From contig JAZAMN010000024.1 in NCBI GenBank assembly GCA_036229005.1, positions 160,001 through 224,000 on the forward strand: a DNA stretch of 64,000 nt, given 5' to 3'. Shown one piece after another: positions 42,555 to 52,958 of this stretch. The stretch is from Myxococcota bacterium (GTDB taxonomy: Bacteria > Myxococcota_A > UBA796 > CAJQPC01). Each line of letters opens with the position of its first letter. The stretch's first letter is position 1. The translations under genes were made by a program, and so were the position numbers. Under the pieces are notes generated by a model that was given only the letters and a program-made list of their open reading frames with translations, was not told where the DNA came from and ran no database searches.

Positions 42555-43535
42555 CTACTCCACCCGCTCCAGCTCGCCGGCGACGATGCGGTCCCGCCAC
42601 TGCTGGAAGCGCTCGGGGTCCACAGCCCGTCCTCGCTGGTCCCGCTGGCTGCTGCACCAGCTACTGGGCTGCACGCGGATAAGCGGTAGACCCGTCGCTG
42701 CGAAGGCCCTGTCCTGCTCCCTCCACAGCGCGTTGAGCAGGTCCGTCGCGGAGTGCTCCGGGCCCAGGACCGCCACCACGCCCAGCTCTCCGTCCTGGAA
42801 GCGCCCCAGGGTCAGCAGCTCGCCCAGGTAGCGCTCGGCGATGGCGCCCACGATCTCGTGGAAGTGCTCCGGCTCGGCCATGCCCTCGAAGAACCAGATG
42901 CTGCCCTCGGGGAGGTCGAAGGCGGGCTGGGGGTGCAGCGCAGGCCCGTCCCCACCTTGGGGCTCCTGGGGTGCTCCCTGCTCCTCTTCGCTCGGTCCCG
43001 CCGGCGAGGTCACCCTGTCCTCGTTTGCGTCCAGATCGCGCAGATCCTGGGTGAGCCGACGCTCCTGGGCGGGGTCGACCCCCATGACGGAGTGGGTGGC
43101 CTCCCTCCTCGCCTGCTCCAGCTCCCGACGCAGCATCTCCGCGGCGGCCCGCTCGATGCCGACGAGCCCCTCCGCGCGCGCGAGCTGCTCCCGCAGGCTG
43201 ACGATGCGGTCGAAGGCGTGGCGGGACTCGGCCTCCATGCGCTCGGCGTTCACGTTCGCGCGCTGGGCGCTGCGCTCGGCCCACTCTTGTGCCTGCTCGG
43301 CGGCGCGCCTGGCCTGGTTGGCGTCCTCGAGCTGGCTCCGGAGCGCCTCCAGCTCGGCCTGGGCGGCCTCCAGCTCGATCTGGGAGGCCGGCTTCACGGC
43401 GGCGAGCTCGGCGCGCAGACCCCGGAGCTGCTCCCGGAGCAGACGCGACTCGGCCCGGGCGCGGTCCCGCTCCGCCTGGCAGCGGCTCAGGGCCTCCCGG
43501 GCCTCGTTCAGTTCAACGTTGGGGTCGGTGGGCAC
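42555..43535 (-). CDS. Coiled-coil hypothetical protein
   Basis: N-terminal coiled coil plus globular C-terminus; TACACT 6 nt before GTG. Confidence 0.7.
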   Translation of the reverse strand: MPTDPNVELNEAREALSRCQAERDRARAESRLLREQLRGLRAELAAVKPASQIELEAAQAELEALRSQLEDANQARRAAEQAQEWAERSAQRANVNAERMEAESRHAFDRIVSLREQLARAEGLVGIERAAAEMLRRELEQARREATHSVMGVDPAQERRLTQDLRDLDANEDRVTSPAGPSEEEQGAPQEPQGGDGPALHPQPAFDLPEGSIWFFEGMAEPEHFHEIVGAIAERYLGELLTLGRFQDGELGVVAVLGPEHSATDLLNALWREQDRAFAATGLPLIRVQPSSWCSSQRDQRGRAVDPERFQQWRDRIVAGELERVE

Positions 43536-43559
43536 CGCGGCAGTGTACCCGCTGCCGAC

Positions 43560-45263
43560 TCAGGAGAGGTCGCGGCCGCGGATCCACCGGCCGTAGGCCA
43601 CGATCAAGACGGCGCTCACGACGCCGACGATGCCCATGATGTCCCAGAACAGCGAGACGTTGTGGCTCGCGTAGAGCTCCTGGGTCAGCGGGTTGGCGAC
43701 GGTGTTGTAGATGGTCTCCAGGTGGGGGCCGGCCTGCTCCAGCAGGGGCGCGGCGGTCTCCTCGGGGAGGGCGGCGGCCAGGTCCTTGGGCACCGCGTCG
43801 TGCAGGTCCCACACGCCGATGCCCTGGGCGGAGAGCGCCTGGGCCGCGTCGGGGGTCATGCCGGGCAGGTCGGTCAGGGCCATCTCGTCGATGCGGGAGA
43901 GGACCAGGGTGTCGAAGGCCTCGCCCTCGGGGATGGCGTCCACGGCGGCCTGGGCCAGGCCCTCTTCCAGCATCAGCTCGCGGGAGAAGAGCTCCTTGGA
44001 GGCCAGCATGCCGTAGAGCTCGGGGCCGACCTTGCCCTCCAGGGCGCCGCCCAGGGCCAGGGGGATCTGGGAGAAGCCCAGGTACATGGCCTTCTTGTCG
44101 GAGGGGGCGATGTTGCCGATGAACTCGCCGGTCTTGGGGGAGGAGAGCATCTCGCCGACGGAGAAGAAGGCGATGCTGCCGAAGCAGATCCAGCCCATCG
44201 TGGACTGGCCGACCAGGAACATGGACAGCGAGGCCATCAGCGCGCCCAGGGCCATGGAGGTCGTGGGGCGCACCAGGCCGCTGGCCCAGCCAAAGAAGAA
44301 GGCGGTCAGCATGATCAGCAGGGCGTTGACGTTGAGCAGGCCCTCGGGCTGGATCTGGGTGCCGTACTGGTTGGTGACGATGAAGAAGTTCACCACCGGG
44401 TTGTCGGAGCCGCCCTCGCCGAACAGCGTGGTGAGGATGTCGCCGGTCCAGACCCACTCGTCGATGTAGACGGGCAGCACGTCAAAGAGCGCGCTGAACA
44501 TGAACCAGAAGCCGCTGAGCAGCAGCAGGAAGCTCCACAGGTGGGGCTTGGCCAGCTCCTTGAGGGAGTCCACAAGCAGGTTGTCCTGCTCGCCGCTCTC
44601 CTTCTGGGCGGCCAGCTTGGCCTCGCGCTCCTCCTTCCCGGGCTCCTTGTACATGAACAGGAAGAGGAAGTTGACGGAGATGACCACGGCGCAGGCCAGG
44701 AACACCCACTTCCAGTCCATCTTGCGCATGAAGCCGGCCAGCAGGGGGCCCATGAAGCCGCCGATGTTGACCGTCTGGTAGAAGATGCCCCAGGCGACCG
44801 AGGAGTTCTCGGGCTTGGTGGCCTTGACCAGGGTGCCCTGGATGCCGGGCTTGAACACCGCGGTGCCGGTGGCCAGCAGGACCGCGCCGGCCATGAAGCC
44901 GCCGTAGCTGGCGAACTGGAACATCACCAGGTAGCCCAGGATCTTGATGACCGTGGACACGGCGATGGTCTGCTTGTAGCCCATGCGGTCGGAGATCCCG
45001 CCGGTGAACACGGGCAGCACCGACTGGATGAGCGTCCAGATCAGCAGCAGGTTGCCGTACTGGGACATCGTGATGCCCAGGCCGCCCTTGGACACCGGGT
45101 CCTTGGCGTAGAGGCCCACGACGGCCTTGACCCCGTAGTAGGCCAGGCGCTCGACCATCTCCATGCCGCCGACGATCCAGAAGACGTAGGAGAGGCTGCT
45201 GATGGCCGCGAACAGGCCGAGCTGCTTGACCTGCTCGGAGCTGGTCTGGGTGTTGCTTGCCAC
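43560..45263 (-). CDS. MFS transporter, POT/PTR peptide transporter-like
   Basis: EMVERLAYYG, GTAVFKP, FYQTVNIGG, GEMLSSP. Confidence 0.88.
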   Translation of the reverse strand: MASNTQTSSEQVKQLGLFAAISSLSYVFWIVGGMEMVERLAYYGVKAVVGLYAKDPVSKGGLGITMSQYGNLLLIWTLIQSVLPVFTGGISDRMGYKQTIAVSTVIKILGYLVMFQFASYGGFMAGAVLLATGTAVFKPGIQGTLVKATKPENSSVAWGIFYQTVNIGGFMGPLLAGFMRKMDWKWVFLACAVVISVNFLFLFMYKEPGKEEREAKLAAQKESGEQDNLLVDSLKELAKPHLWSFLLLLSGFWFMFSALFDVLPVYIDEWVWTGDILTTLFGEGGSDNPVVNFFIVTNQYGTQIQPEGLLNVNALLIMLTAFFFGWASGLVRPTTSMALGALMASLSMFLVGQSTMGWICFGSIAFFSVGEMLSSPKTGEFIGNIAPSDKKAMYLGFSQIPLALGGALEGKVGPELYGMLASKELFSRELMLEEGLAQAAVDAIPEGEAFDTLVLSRIDEMALTDLPGMTPDAAQALSAQGIGVWDLHDAVPKDLAAALPEETAAPLLEQAGPHLETIYNTVANPLTQELYASHNVSLFWDIMGIVGVVSAVLIVAYGRWIRGRDLS

Positions 45264-45369
45264 GAAGGGGCTCCTTTGGGGCGAGGCCCGAAAAATGCGG
45301 CTCAAGGTAGCCCAAAGTGGCGCTCAGGTCACGGCGGGGTGCCGCCCTCCCCGGGCTCGAGCCGCCGTC

Positions 45370-46923
45370 TCATTGCGTCGCTGGCATCGGGAAGGTGGTC
45401 TGCGGCGGGTACCACAGCGCGTCCGAGTCCAGATACGCGGCGGGCATCTCCAGCAGGGCGCAGTCCCGGGCACCCACGGCGCCCAGCCACCCGTGCAGGA
45501 AGGAGACGTCGCCCTTGGCGGCCAGCAGGGACACCGGGACCACCTTCACGGGGTGGCCCACCCGCACGCGCTCGGGGATCAGGTACTCGGCGCCCAGCGC
45601 GGCCACGTCCCGGTCGGTGAGCCCCAGCGGGTCCACCACGGAGAGCTCCAGGGGGCTGTAGTAGGCGATGCCGCCGGGCATCTTGGCGTGCACCGTCATC
45701 GGCCCGCACGCGGAGATGTAGGCGGCCATGTCGTCGATGATCTGTTGGGACACGACCTGGGGCCTGAGCCCGTGCCGGCGGATCGCCGACCAGGACTGGA
45801 ACTCGTAGTAGTAGGCGCGCTCGTCCACGATCCCGCTCTCCGGGATCTCATGGGGATCGCCAGGGGGAGCCTGGGGCAGGAGAGGGGAGAGGCAGGACAG
45901 CCCCAAGAACACCCCGGTCCACCCCTGCGACCGCGGGTGCGCCCGCCACAGCTCCAGCAACCCCAGCCCAAGCGAGGACAGGCCGAGCACGACCAGCACC
46001 AGCCAGAAGCGCCCCCGCATGAAGTCGCCGCCCACGACCACCACGTACACCAGGTGCATCAGCGCGCCCAGCGGCAGCGCCCAGGTCGGCTGACCCCGCA
46101 GGCGCCAGAGCCCCAGACCCACCCCCGCCAGAGACAGCAGCGCGACGCCGGGCTCGTGGACCACCCAGTCCTGCAGGTAGACCCAGCCCTGGGCGATCGC
46201 GTCGGCCGTGCTGGGGAAGATCCCCACCTTGGCGCGGGCCGTGTTGGGCAGCGGGTCGCCGTAATAGAGCGTGGCGAAGGCCAGCCAGGCCAGCATCGGT
46301 AGCCCCCCCAGAGCCGCCTGCAGCCAGCGCTTTGGGGTCTTGAGCTCCCGGGCCAGCAGCAGCGCGCTGGGCAGCGCGGCGGCCGCCATGTCCATGCGGT
46401 TCAGGCCCAGCAGGGCCCAGAGCAGGGAGAGCACGAATGGGCGCTGGAAGCCGCGTTGGCTCAACTCCCAGGCCACCCCGATCAGCAGCGCGTGGCTGAG
46501 GCTGTTCTCCAGACCCGAGGTCGAGAAGGCCAGCCAGGACTCGCTGGTCCCCAGCAGCAGTGTGGTGACGCCCGCCAGCACCAGGGACTGCGCGGAGCCC
46601 TCCCCCTTCTGCAGGAGCATCCCCGCCCAGCCGGCCACCGCCACCCCGGAGAACACCAGCCCCAGCACCATCGCGCTGCGCCAGGGCGCCGCACCCAGCG
46701 CCTGACAGGCCGCCAGCACGCCGAACCAGAGCGGGTGGGTGTACCCCTGCACCCGCTCGCCGATGTTGAACACCGGACCGTTCCCTCCCGCGAGCTGCTG
46801 GAGGTGGCGCAGGGTGATCAGCGCGTCATCGCTCAGCCAGGCGACCTGCAGCGCGAGCCCAGCGACCGCGAGGCCACAGGACAGAGCGATGAACGCACGC
46901 ACGCTGGGCCGCAGGGGACTCAC
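45370..46923 (-). CDS. GT-C membrane glycosyltransferase (AftB-like)
   Basis: DDALIT, GPVFNIGERVQGYTHPLW, TSGLE, YYGDPLPNTA.AK, GGDFM.GRF. Confidence 0.8.
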   Translation of the reverse strand: MSPLRPSVRAFIALSCGLAVAGLALQVAWLSDDALITLRHLQQLAGGNGPVFNIGERVQGYTHPLWFGVLAACQALGAAPWRSAMVLGLVFSGVAVAGWAGMLLQKGEGSAQSLVLAGVTTLLLGTSESWLAFSTSGLENSLSHALLIGVAWELSQRGFQRPFVLSLLWALLGLNRMDMAAAALPSALLLARELKTPKRWLQAALGGLPMLAWLAFATLYYGDPLPNTARAKVGIFPSTADAIAQGWVYLQDWVVHEPGVALLSLAGVGLGLWRLRGQPTWALPLGALMHLVYVVVVGGDFMRGRFWLVLVVLGLSSLGLGLLELWRAHPRSQGWTGVFLGLSCLSPLLPQAPPGDPHEIPESGIVDERAYYYEFQSWSAIRRHGLRPQVVSQQIIDDMAAYISACGPMTVHAKMPGGIAYYSPLELSVVDPLGLTDRDVAALGAEYLIPERVRVGHPVKVVPVSLLAAKGDVSFLHGWLGAVGARDCALLEMPAAYLDSDALWYPPQTTFPMPATQ

Positions 46924-46955
46924 GCCGGGAGTGTACCTCAGCCGCCCCGGCGCGC

Positions 46956-48458
46956 TCAGCGCTGGACCTGCACCACGCCGCCGATGTTCTCGGGCCCGAT
47001 GCTCACGACCAGGGAGCCGGTGGCCCCCTTGGGCAGCCCGTTGCCCAGGATCTCCAGGCCCCCCAGGCCGCGCACGCCGTCGATGTTCATCACGGACTGG
47101 AGCTTGGGGTTTGAGAGCACCCGCAGCGCGCCGCCCACCCGCACCAGCCCGTCCAGGCCCCGCAGGGACTGCAGGCGGTCGTTGTCGTGGATGTAGAGCT
47201 GCCCGTCCACCAGGGCCAGGGACTCCAGGCCGGTCAGGTTCGCCAGGCGCTTGTTGTCCGCGATCTCCACGCTCTCAGCGCGCACGAGCTCGGTCAGCCC
47301 GATGTCCATCAGCGCGGGGTTGCCCTGGATGCTCAGGCTGCCGACCACCGCCAGCGCGGGCCCGGAGGCCGTTAGCAGCGAGGCGTTGTCGTGCAGCACC
47401 AGGCTCCCGACCCGGGTGAGCGAGCGGGGACCGTTCAAGCTGCGCAGCGTGTCCTCGTTTGCGATCCGCAGCTCCCCCTTGACGAGGGTGAGGGCCTCGA
47501 GGCCAGAGAGGTTGGCCAAGCTGTTGTCCCGCAGCAGCAGCCCCCCCTCCACCAGGACCAGCTTGCCCAGGCCGGAGAGGTCCACGAGGCGGCTGTTGCC
47601 CATGATCACCAGCTCGCCGTCCACCGCGCGCAGGGCGTCCAGGCCGGACAGGGTGCGCAGGCCGCGGTTGTCCTGGATGACCAGGGTGCCGGTGGATTGC
47701 AGGCCCAGGGGCCCGAGCTCCTGCAGGCTGGGGTTGTCGGCGATCACCAGGCCATTGGACAGGGAGGCGACCCCGGAGAGGCCGGAGAGCTGCCGCAGAG
47801 AGGCGTTCCCGCTGAGCTGCAGGCCCTTGGCGCTGTGCAGGCCGGAGAGCCCGGAGAGGTCCTGCAGGGCGGCGTTGCCCTCGATGTCGATCTGGCCCAG
47901 GGACTCCAGGCGCTCCAGGCCGCTGAGGCTGGTGAGCTTGTCGTTGTCGACGATGCGCAGGTCTCCGCCCACCGACTCCAGGCGCGCGAGGCCCGAGAGG
48001 TCGCTCACCCCGGAGAGCTTCACCAGCTCCAGCTTGCCGCTCACGGAGCCGAGGCAGCCCAGGGCGCTCAGGTCCTCCAGGCCGTCCAGGCCCACCAGAC
48101 GCAGGTTCCCCTGCACGCTGTTGTAGTCCTGGGCCCAGGTCACCAGGGCGTCTTCGGAGGAGAAGACCAGATCGCCCACGAAGGGGCCGCGGCCCTCACA
48201 TTCGTCCCAATCGCCCGTGTCGCCGGTGTCCCAGCCCGTGTCCCCGCTGTCCATCGGGCCGCTGTCCACCGCCCCGGTGTCTGCGGTATCCCCGCTGTCC
48301 GCAGGAGGCGCGGTGTCCGCAGTGTCCGCGGTGTCTGCCGAGTCCAGCAGCTCCTGGGCGCTGTCCAGCACCTCCTGGATCACCCCCTCCTGGGCGAGGG
48401 CCGCCCCCGCGCCGCCCAGGAACACCGAGACGCCGATGGGGAGCAGCCAGCGCTTCAT
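46956..48458 (-). CDS. Secreted receptor-L-domain / leucine-rich repeat protein
   Basis: Repeated L.GL..L..V.G.L.I.dN..L units; D-T-G linker. Confidence 0.85.
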   Translation of the reverse strand: MKRWLLPIGVSVFLGGAGAALAQEGVIQEVLDSAQELLDSADTADTADTAPPADSGDTADTGAVDSGPMDSGDTGWDTGDTGDWDECEGRGPFVGDLVFSSEDALVTWAQDYNSVQGNLRLVGLDGLEDLSALGCLGSVSGKLELVKLSGVSDLSGLARLESVGGDLRIVDNDKLTSLSGLERLESLGQIDIEGNAALQDLSGLSGLHSAKGLQLSGNASLRQLSGLSGVASLSNGLVIADNPSLQELGPLGLQSTGTLVIQDNRGLRTLSGLDALRAVDGELVIMGNSRLVDLSGLGKLVLVEGGLLLRDNSLANLSGLEALTLVKGELRIANEDTLRSLNGPRSLTRVGSLVLHDNASLLTASGPALAVVGSLSIQGNPALMDIGLTELVRAESVEIADNKRLANLTGLESLALVDGQLYIHDNDRLQSLRGLDGLVRVGGALRVLSNPKLQSVMNIDGVRGLGGLEILGNGLPKGATGSLVVSIGPENIGGVVQVQR

Positions 48459-49078
48459 TGCTGGCTCCGGAGCCGCTCCAGGTGGGCGGCCAGCTCAGGG
48501 GGCAGGGGCGAGCGCACCGGCTCCTGGTCGGGGAGGGCCAGGGAGGCCGCGTGCAGCCAGAGCCGCTTGGGCGCGCCCTCGGGGTGCTTGTTGGCCCGCC
48601 GCTTGTAGCGCCGATCCCCGACGATGGGGTGGCGGATGCTCAGCAGGTGCTGCCGGAGCTGGTGCTTGCGGCCGGTGCTGGGGTGCAGCTCGACCAGGGT
48701 CAGGGGGCCGCTGTCGCTCTCGAAGGCCGCCAGCATGCGCAGCTCCGTCTCCGCGTCCTTGCCGTCGATGGGCGCCGAGATGCGGCCCACCGGCTTGAGC
48801 TTCCCGAATACGAGCGCCAGGTAGCGCTTGTTGCAGAGGCCCTGCTCGAAGAGCTTGGAGGCGTCGCGCCGGGCGGCCTTCCTACCCACCAGGAGCACCC
48901 CGGAGGTGTCCTTGTCCAGGCGGTGCACGGGCATCATGCCCTTGAGGATGCCGGACTGCTGGGCGAGCCAGCCGTTCAGGTCCTCACCGCCTTCAGCGTT
49001 CTGGTGGGTCGCCATTCCGGCGGGCTTGTGCACCCAGGCGAGGTCACCCTGGTGCGTGATGAGGCGGGGCTTGTCCAT
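48455..49078 (-). CDS. RluA-family pseudouridine synthase
   Basis: KPAG, HRLDKDTSG, TGRKHQLR, HPIVGD..Y, LHA. Confidence 0.92.
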   Translation of the reverse strand: MDKPRLITHQGDLAWVHKPAGMATHQNAEGGEDLNGWLAQQSGILKGMMPVHRLDKDTSGVLLVGRKAARRDASKLFEQGLCNKRYLALVFGKLKPVGRISAPIDGKDAETELRMLAAFESDSGPLTLVELHPSTGRKHQLRQHLLSIRHPIVGDRRYKRRANKHPEGAPKRLWLHAASLALPDQEPVRSPLPPELAAHLERLRSQQ

Positions 49079-49114
49079 GCTGCCAAGCTAACCGCCCCGC
49101 CTCCGCCGGGGACA

Positions 49115-51988
49115 TCATTCCGCGAAGAGCGCCAGCAGGTCGTCGCGGCCGATCTTCTCGACCCACTCCGCCTCGGAGCCGATGGCGGCCTCGGCCAGCG
49201 CGCGCTTCTGCGCCTGCAGGGCCACGATGCCCTCCTCGACCGAGTCCTCGCTGACCAGCTTGACGCTGAACACGGGCTTGTCCTGGCCGATTCGGTGGGC
49301 TCGGTCCGTGGCCTGGTCCTCGACCGCCGGGTTCCACCAGGGGTCGGTGTGGAACACGTAGTCCGCGGCCGTCAGGTTCAGACCCGTTCCACCGGCCTTG
49401 AGGGAGATGAGGAAGAGCGGCGGCCCATCGGGCGACTGGAAGCGGTCCACCTGGCCCTGGCGGTCGCGGGTGCTGCCGTCCAGGCGGCAGAAGTCCAGTC
49501 CTCGCTCGAGCATGGCCTGCCCGATCAGATCCAGGAAGCCGGTCCACTGCGAGAAGATGAGGGCCTTGGAGCCCTGCTCCACCACCTCGTCGACCTTCTC
49601 CAGCAGGACCTCCAGCTTGCCCGACTCGTTGGGGCGCTCGCCGGGGAGGAGCTGGGGGTGACAGGCGGCCTGGCGCATGCGCAGCAGCAGCTCCAGGACC
49701 TGCAGCGCCTGACCGGAGCCCATCATCTCGGCGACTTCCTGGCGGCCGGCGATGGCCACCATCTCGTAGACCTTGCGCTGGGCGGGGGTCATGGGGCAGG
49801 GCAGCACCAGGTCGGTGCGCGGGGGCAGGTCGGTGGCGACCTCGGACTTGTGGCGGCGCAGCACGAAGGGCCGGATGCGCTCCCGCAGGCGCTTGGCGGC
49901 GCTGCGGTCTCCCCCCTCGATGGGGCGGGCGGTGGTCCGGTCGAAGCGGCGGCGGCCGCCGAGCAGGCCGGGGTTGCAGAAGTGCATCTGCGACCACAGC
50001 TCGTCCAGGCGGTTCTCGATGGGGGTACCGGTGAGGCTCCAGCGCTGGGCGGCCTTGAGCTTGAAGGCGGCCTGGGCGGTCTGGGACTCGGGGTTCTTGA
50101 TGGCCTGGGCCTCGTCCAGGATGGCCAGGGTCCAGCGGCGCTTCTTGATCGCCGGGTCGCTGCGCATCAGGGCGTAGGAGGTGATCACCAGATCCGCCTC
50201 TTCATCCAGCTTGCGCTTGGGCCCGTGGAAGATCGAGGGCCGCAGGTGCGGGATGAAGCGCACGGCCTCCCGCGACCAGTTGTGCAGCAGCGAGGTGGGG
50301 GCGACGACCAGGATCTGGCCGCCCTTGTCCTCCAGCAGAGTGGCGGCCGCGGTCAGCGCCTGCAGGGTCTTTCCGAGGCCCATGTCGTCGGCCAGGATGC
50401 CGCCGAGTCCGGCCTGGGTGAGGAAGCCCAGCCAGCGCACGCCCAGCTCCTGGTAGGGGCGCAGGGTGGCGTTCAGGCCATCGGGCAGGCGCAGGGGCGG
50501 CAGGCCGTCGAAGTCCTCGATCAGCGGGCGCAGGCCGTCCAGCTTGGGGGGCGGCGGGGCGTCCAGGGCCTTGGCCAGGCGGGCCGCCGCGAAGGTGGCG
50601 TGGGCCGGCAGATCCATGGCGTCGCCCTTGGCCTCCACCAGGTCGGCGATCAGCTCGCCGTGGGTCTGGAGCAGGTTGACCGGGATGGGCGCGTAGCCAC
50701 CGTCGATCAGGGGGACCAGGGTGCGGCCCTCCTCCCAGGCGCGCATCAGCGTGCTCAGGTTGGCCTCGGACTGCAGGCGCTCGCCGTCAAAGCTCAGCGC
50801 CACGGGCTCCCGGCGCACCCGGAAGGCCCGGGGGTCGCCCTCGATGGTGCCGGGGAAGTCGGCCAGGCGGTCGCGGACAAAGCGGATGGCCTCGTCCTCG
50901 TTGAGCTGGATGCGGCGGGCGGTGGGCAGGCGCATCTTCTCGGCCTGGCGGAGCAGCCGGCGCTCGGCGTTGCGGTCCCGCAGGGGGACCTTGCCGTCGC
51001 TGATGATCTGCAGCTCGTCGCGCACCACGCGGGCGACCGCGGGCTCGCCGTAGACCAGATCCAGCTCCACCTGGAGCTGGCGCTCGCTGGGGACCAGGCG
51101 GAGCTGGAGCCGGGGCGGCGTGCGCTCGGCGTCCGGCAGGCGGGTGGTCTTGAGCTTGACCTCCAGGCGCTCGCGGAAGGAGGGGAGCAGCTCGGCGACC
51201 AGCTTGCCGGCCTCGTTGACCGAGAACACCCGGCCCTGGGCGAGCTGGCGGCGCTCGTGGGGCGCCAGGCCGCCGCCGCTGTAGGGGTGCAGGCCGTCCT
51301 CGCTGAGCACCACGCCGTCCTGGAACTTGCGGACGATGCGCTTGCTGCGGTGCAGGCTGAGCTTGAAGCCCTGGCCCTCGTCCCGGACGATCAGCACCGG
51401 GGTGATGGGGTCGGGGCGCGCGGGGTACTGCTTGCCGTCGAGCTCCAGGGTGCGGCCCTCGTCCGAGAAGGCCTTGAGCATGCGCATCCAGCCCACGTGG
51501 GGGAGCCGGGTGGCCCCGAGACGCAGCACCTCGTCGGCGACCTGATCCGCTGGGGTGGCGCGGAGGCCCCGGTGCTTGGAGAGTGGGCCACGGAGGGGCT
51601 TGCGCCCACCAGCCTCGTTCTTCAGGCGCTCGAGGGTGAGCCAACCCTGAGCGTCAGCGCTCAGTCGGTAGTGGATCTGGCTGTCAGCGGCGGCGCGGGG
51701 GAGCAGCCCCTTGCCGTCCTTCTGGCTCTCGCGCACCGCGAGTACACAGGCCACGACGTGGGCGCAGCCGCCGTCGAACCCGCAGTCGCAGGACCAGTCC
51801 TCGTCCTTTGGGTAGAGGTAGACCTCCAGGGGCTGGCTTCGGTTCGGGGAGTGCAGCCACAGGGAGATCTCGTCGTCGTCGTGGTCGCGGCCTTCGACCT
51901 GGCCGCCGCGGTTGAGCCGGATTCCGGCGTCCCAGACGCGCTCGGAGACCTGCCCGCGCAGGCTCTTGAAGAGGGGGGTGAGGTCCAT
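49115..51988 (-). CDS. SWIM zinc finger-SNF2 family helicase
   Basis: CDC....CAH; LADDMGLGKT, DEAQ, LTGTPIEN, QATDRAHRIGQ. Confidence 0.93.
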   Translation of the reverse strand: MDLTPLFKSLRGQVSERVWDAGIRLNRGGQVEGRDHDDDEISLWLHSPNRSQPLEVYLYPKDEDWSCDCGFDGGCAHVVACVLAVRESQKDGKGLLPRAAADSQIHYRLSADAQGWLTLERLKNEAGGRKPLRGPLSKHRGLRATPADQVADEVLRLGATRLPHVGWMRMLKAFSDEGRTLELDGKQYPARPDPITPVLIVRDEGQGFKLSLHRSKRIVRKFQDGVVLSEDGLHPYSGGGLAPHERRQLAQGRVFSVNEAGKLVAELLPSFRERLEVKLKTTRLPDAERTPPRLQLRLVPSERQLQVELDLVYGEPAVARVVRDELQIISDGKVPLRDRNAERRLLRQAEKMRLPTARRIQLNEDEAIRFVRDRLADFPGTIEGDPRAFRVRREPVALSFDGERLQSEANLSTLMRAWEEGRTLVPLIDGGYAPIPVNLLQTHGELIADLVEAKGDAMDLPAHATFAAARLAKALDAPPPPKLDGLRPLIEDFDGLPPLRLPDGLNATLRPYQELGVRWLGFLTQAGLGGILADDMGLGKTLQALTAAATLLEDKGGQILVVAPTSLLHNWSREAVRFIPHLRPSIFHGPKRKLDEEADLVITSYALMRSDPAIKKRRWTLAILDEAQAIKNPESQTAQAAFKLKAAQRWSLTGTPIENRLDELWSQMHFCNPGLLGGRRRFDRTTARPIEGGDRSAAKRLRERIRPFVLRRHKSEVATDLPPRTDLVLPCPMTPAQRKVYEMVAIAGRQEVAEMMGSGQALQVLELLLRMRQAACHPQLLPGERPNESGKLEVLLEKVDEVVEQGSKALIFSQWTGFLDLIGQAMLERGLDFCRLDGSTRDRQGQVDRFQSPDGPPLFLISLKAGGTGLNLTAADYVFHTDPWWNPAVEDQATDRAHRIGQDKPVFSVKLVSEDSVEEGIVALQAQKRALAEAAIGSEAEWVEKIGRDDLLALFAE

Positions 51989-52044
51989 TGGCGGGGGGTA
52001 GCCCGAATGCGCGCCGCTGGCCCGCCCAGATTCCGGCCTCGCGG

Positions 52045-52914
52045 TCAGCGGACCTGGACCGCGTGCGGCGTTCCATTGGTCCCAAGCATGAAGTCCTCGC
52101 TGATCTCCAGATCGGGCCCCAGCTCACCTTGTCCGAACACGGTGAGCGTGCTCCCGGACCAGGTGGCCAGCTCCGCCCGGCCGTCGCCGTCCAGGTCCAC
52201 GCCGATGGCAGTCACCGCGCCTTGCACGCGCCCCTCCCACCAGGGACTGGCGGGGTCCACCAAGGCGCCATCGACCACGCGGTAGATCCGCACGTCGCTC
52301 CCGGCGAGCTGGACGATGTCGTCCCAGCCGTCGCCGTTCATGTCCGCGGCGCTGAACTCGCCCACGTCCCCCAGGGCGGTCTCCGTGGCGATCTTGTCGT
52401 CCAGGGAGAAGGTCGCGACCTTGAGGGGGTAGACGATGAACTTGCCGCCGCCGGTGTTGAACAGGCCGATGTCGTCCTTGCCGTCGCCGTCGAAGTCGCC
52501 GACCACGACGGGCCGCTTCTTGGAGACGTTGGCGTCGGGGGTGAACGCGGGCTCGCTGTCCCAGACCCCCGCGCCGTCGTTCATGTAGACGCTGGTCTTG
52601 TCGCCGCCGTCGGGCATCTGCCAGAGGTCGTCGTGGCCGTCGCCGTCAAAGTCGCCGAAGGCCGTCCACAGGCTGCCCCCGCCCAGCTCCTCCTGGGCAG
52701 GCTCCGCGTCCAGCTCCACCGCGCCGTCCCAGGTCAGGTGCGCCACGAAGCGCCTGCCGTCGTGGAACACGATGTCCTCGCCGCCCACGCGCTCCACGGA
52801 TTCGCCGGTGTCCTGGGTGTCCGCGGTGTCGTCGCCCCCGCCCGAGGTGCTGTCGTCCACCTCCCCGTCCTTGCAGGAGGTCAGCGCGGCGATCAGCAGG
52901 GCAGAGGTCAGCAT
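52045..52914 (-). CDS. FG-GAP/VCBS repeat lipoprotein
   Basis: Lipobox LTSC; GDFDGDG.DD repeats. Confidence 0.85.
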   Translation of the reverse strand: MLTSALLIAALTSCKDGEVDDSTSGGGDDTADTQDTGESVERVGGEDIVFHDGRRFVAHLTWDGAVELDAEPAQEELGGGSLWTAFGDFDGDGHDDLWQMPDGGDKTSVYMNDGAGVWDSEPAFTPDANVSKKRPVVVGDFDGDGKDDIGLFNTGGGKFIVYPLKVATFSLDDKIATETALGDVGEFSAADMNGDGWDDIVQLAGSDVRIYRVVDGALVDPASPWWEGRVQGAVTAIGVDLDGDGRAELATWSGSTLTVFGQGELGPDLEISEDFMLGTNGTPHAVQVR

Positions 52915-52958
52915 GGGGAGGCTCCTTGGGGCATGATAGCCAGCCTTCTGGAGGCCCG

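Noticed and set aside
49115..51988. SNF2 helicase as part of a defence island
   Set aside because: Stand-alone SWIM-SNF2 type among housekeeping genes; no methylase or nuclease partners
42753..52285. Very long antisense ORFs (42753-45620, 48458-52285; likewise 25199-27712 and 33728-36535)
   Set aside because: Opposite-strand shadows of well-supported genes, typical of high-GC DNA
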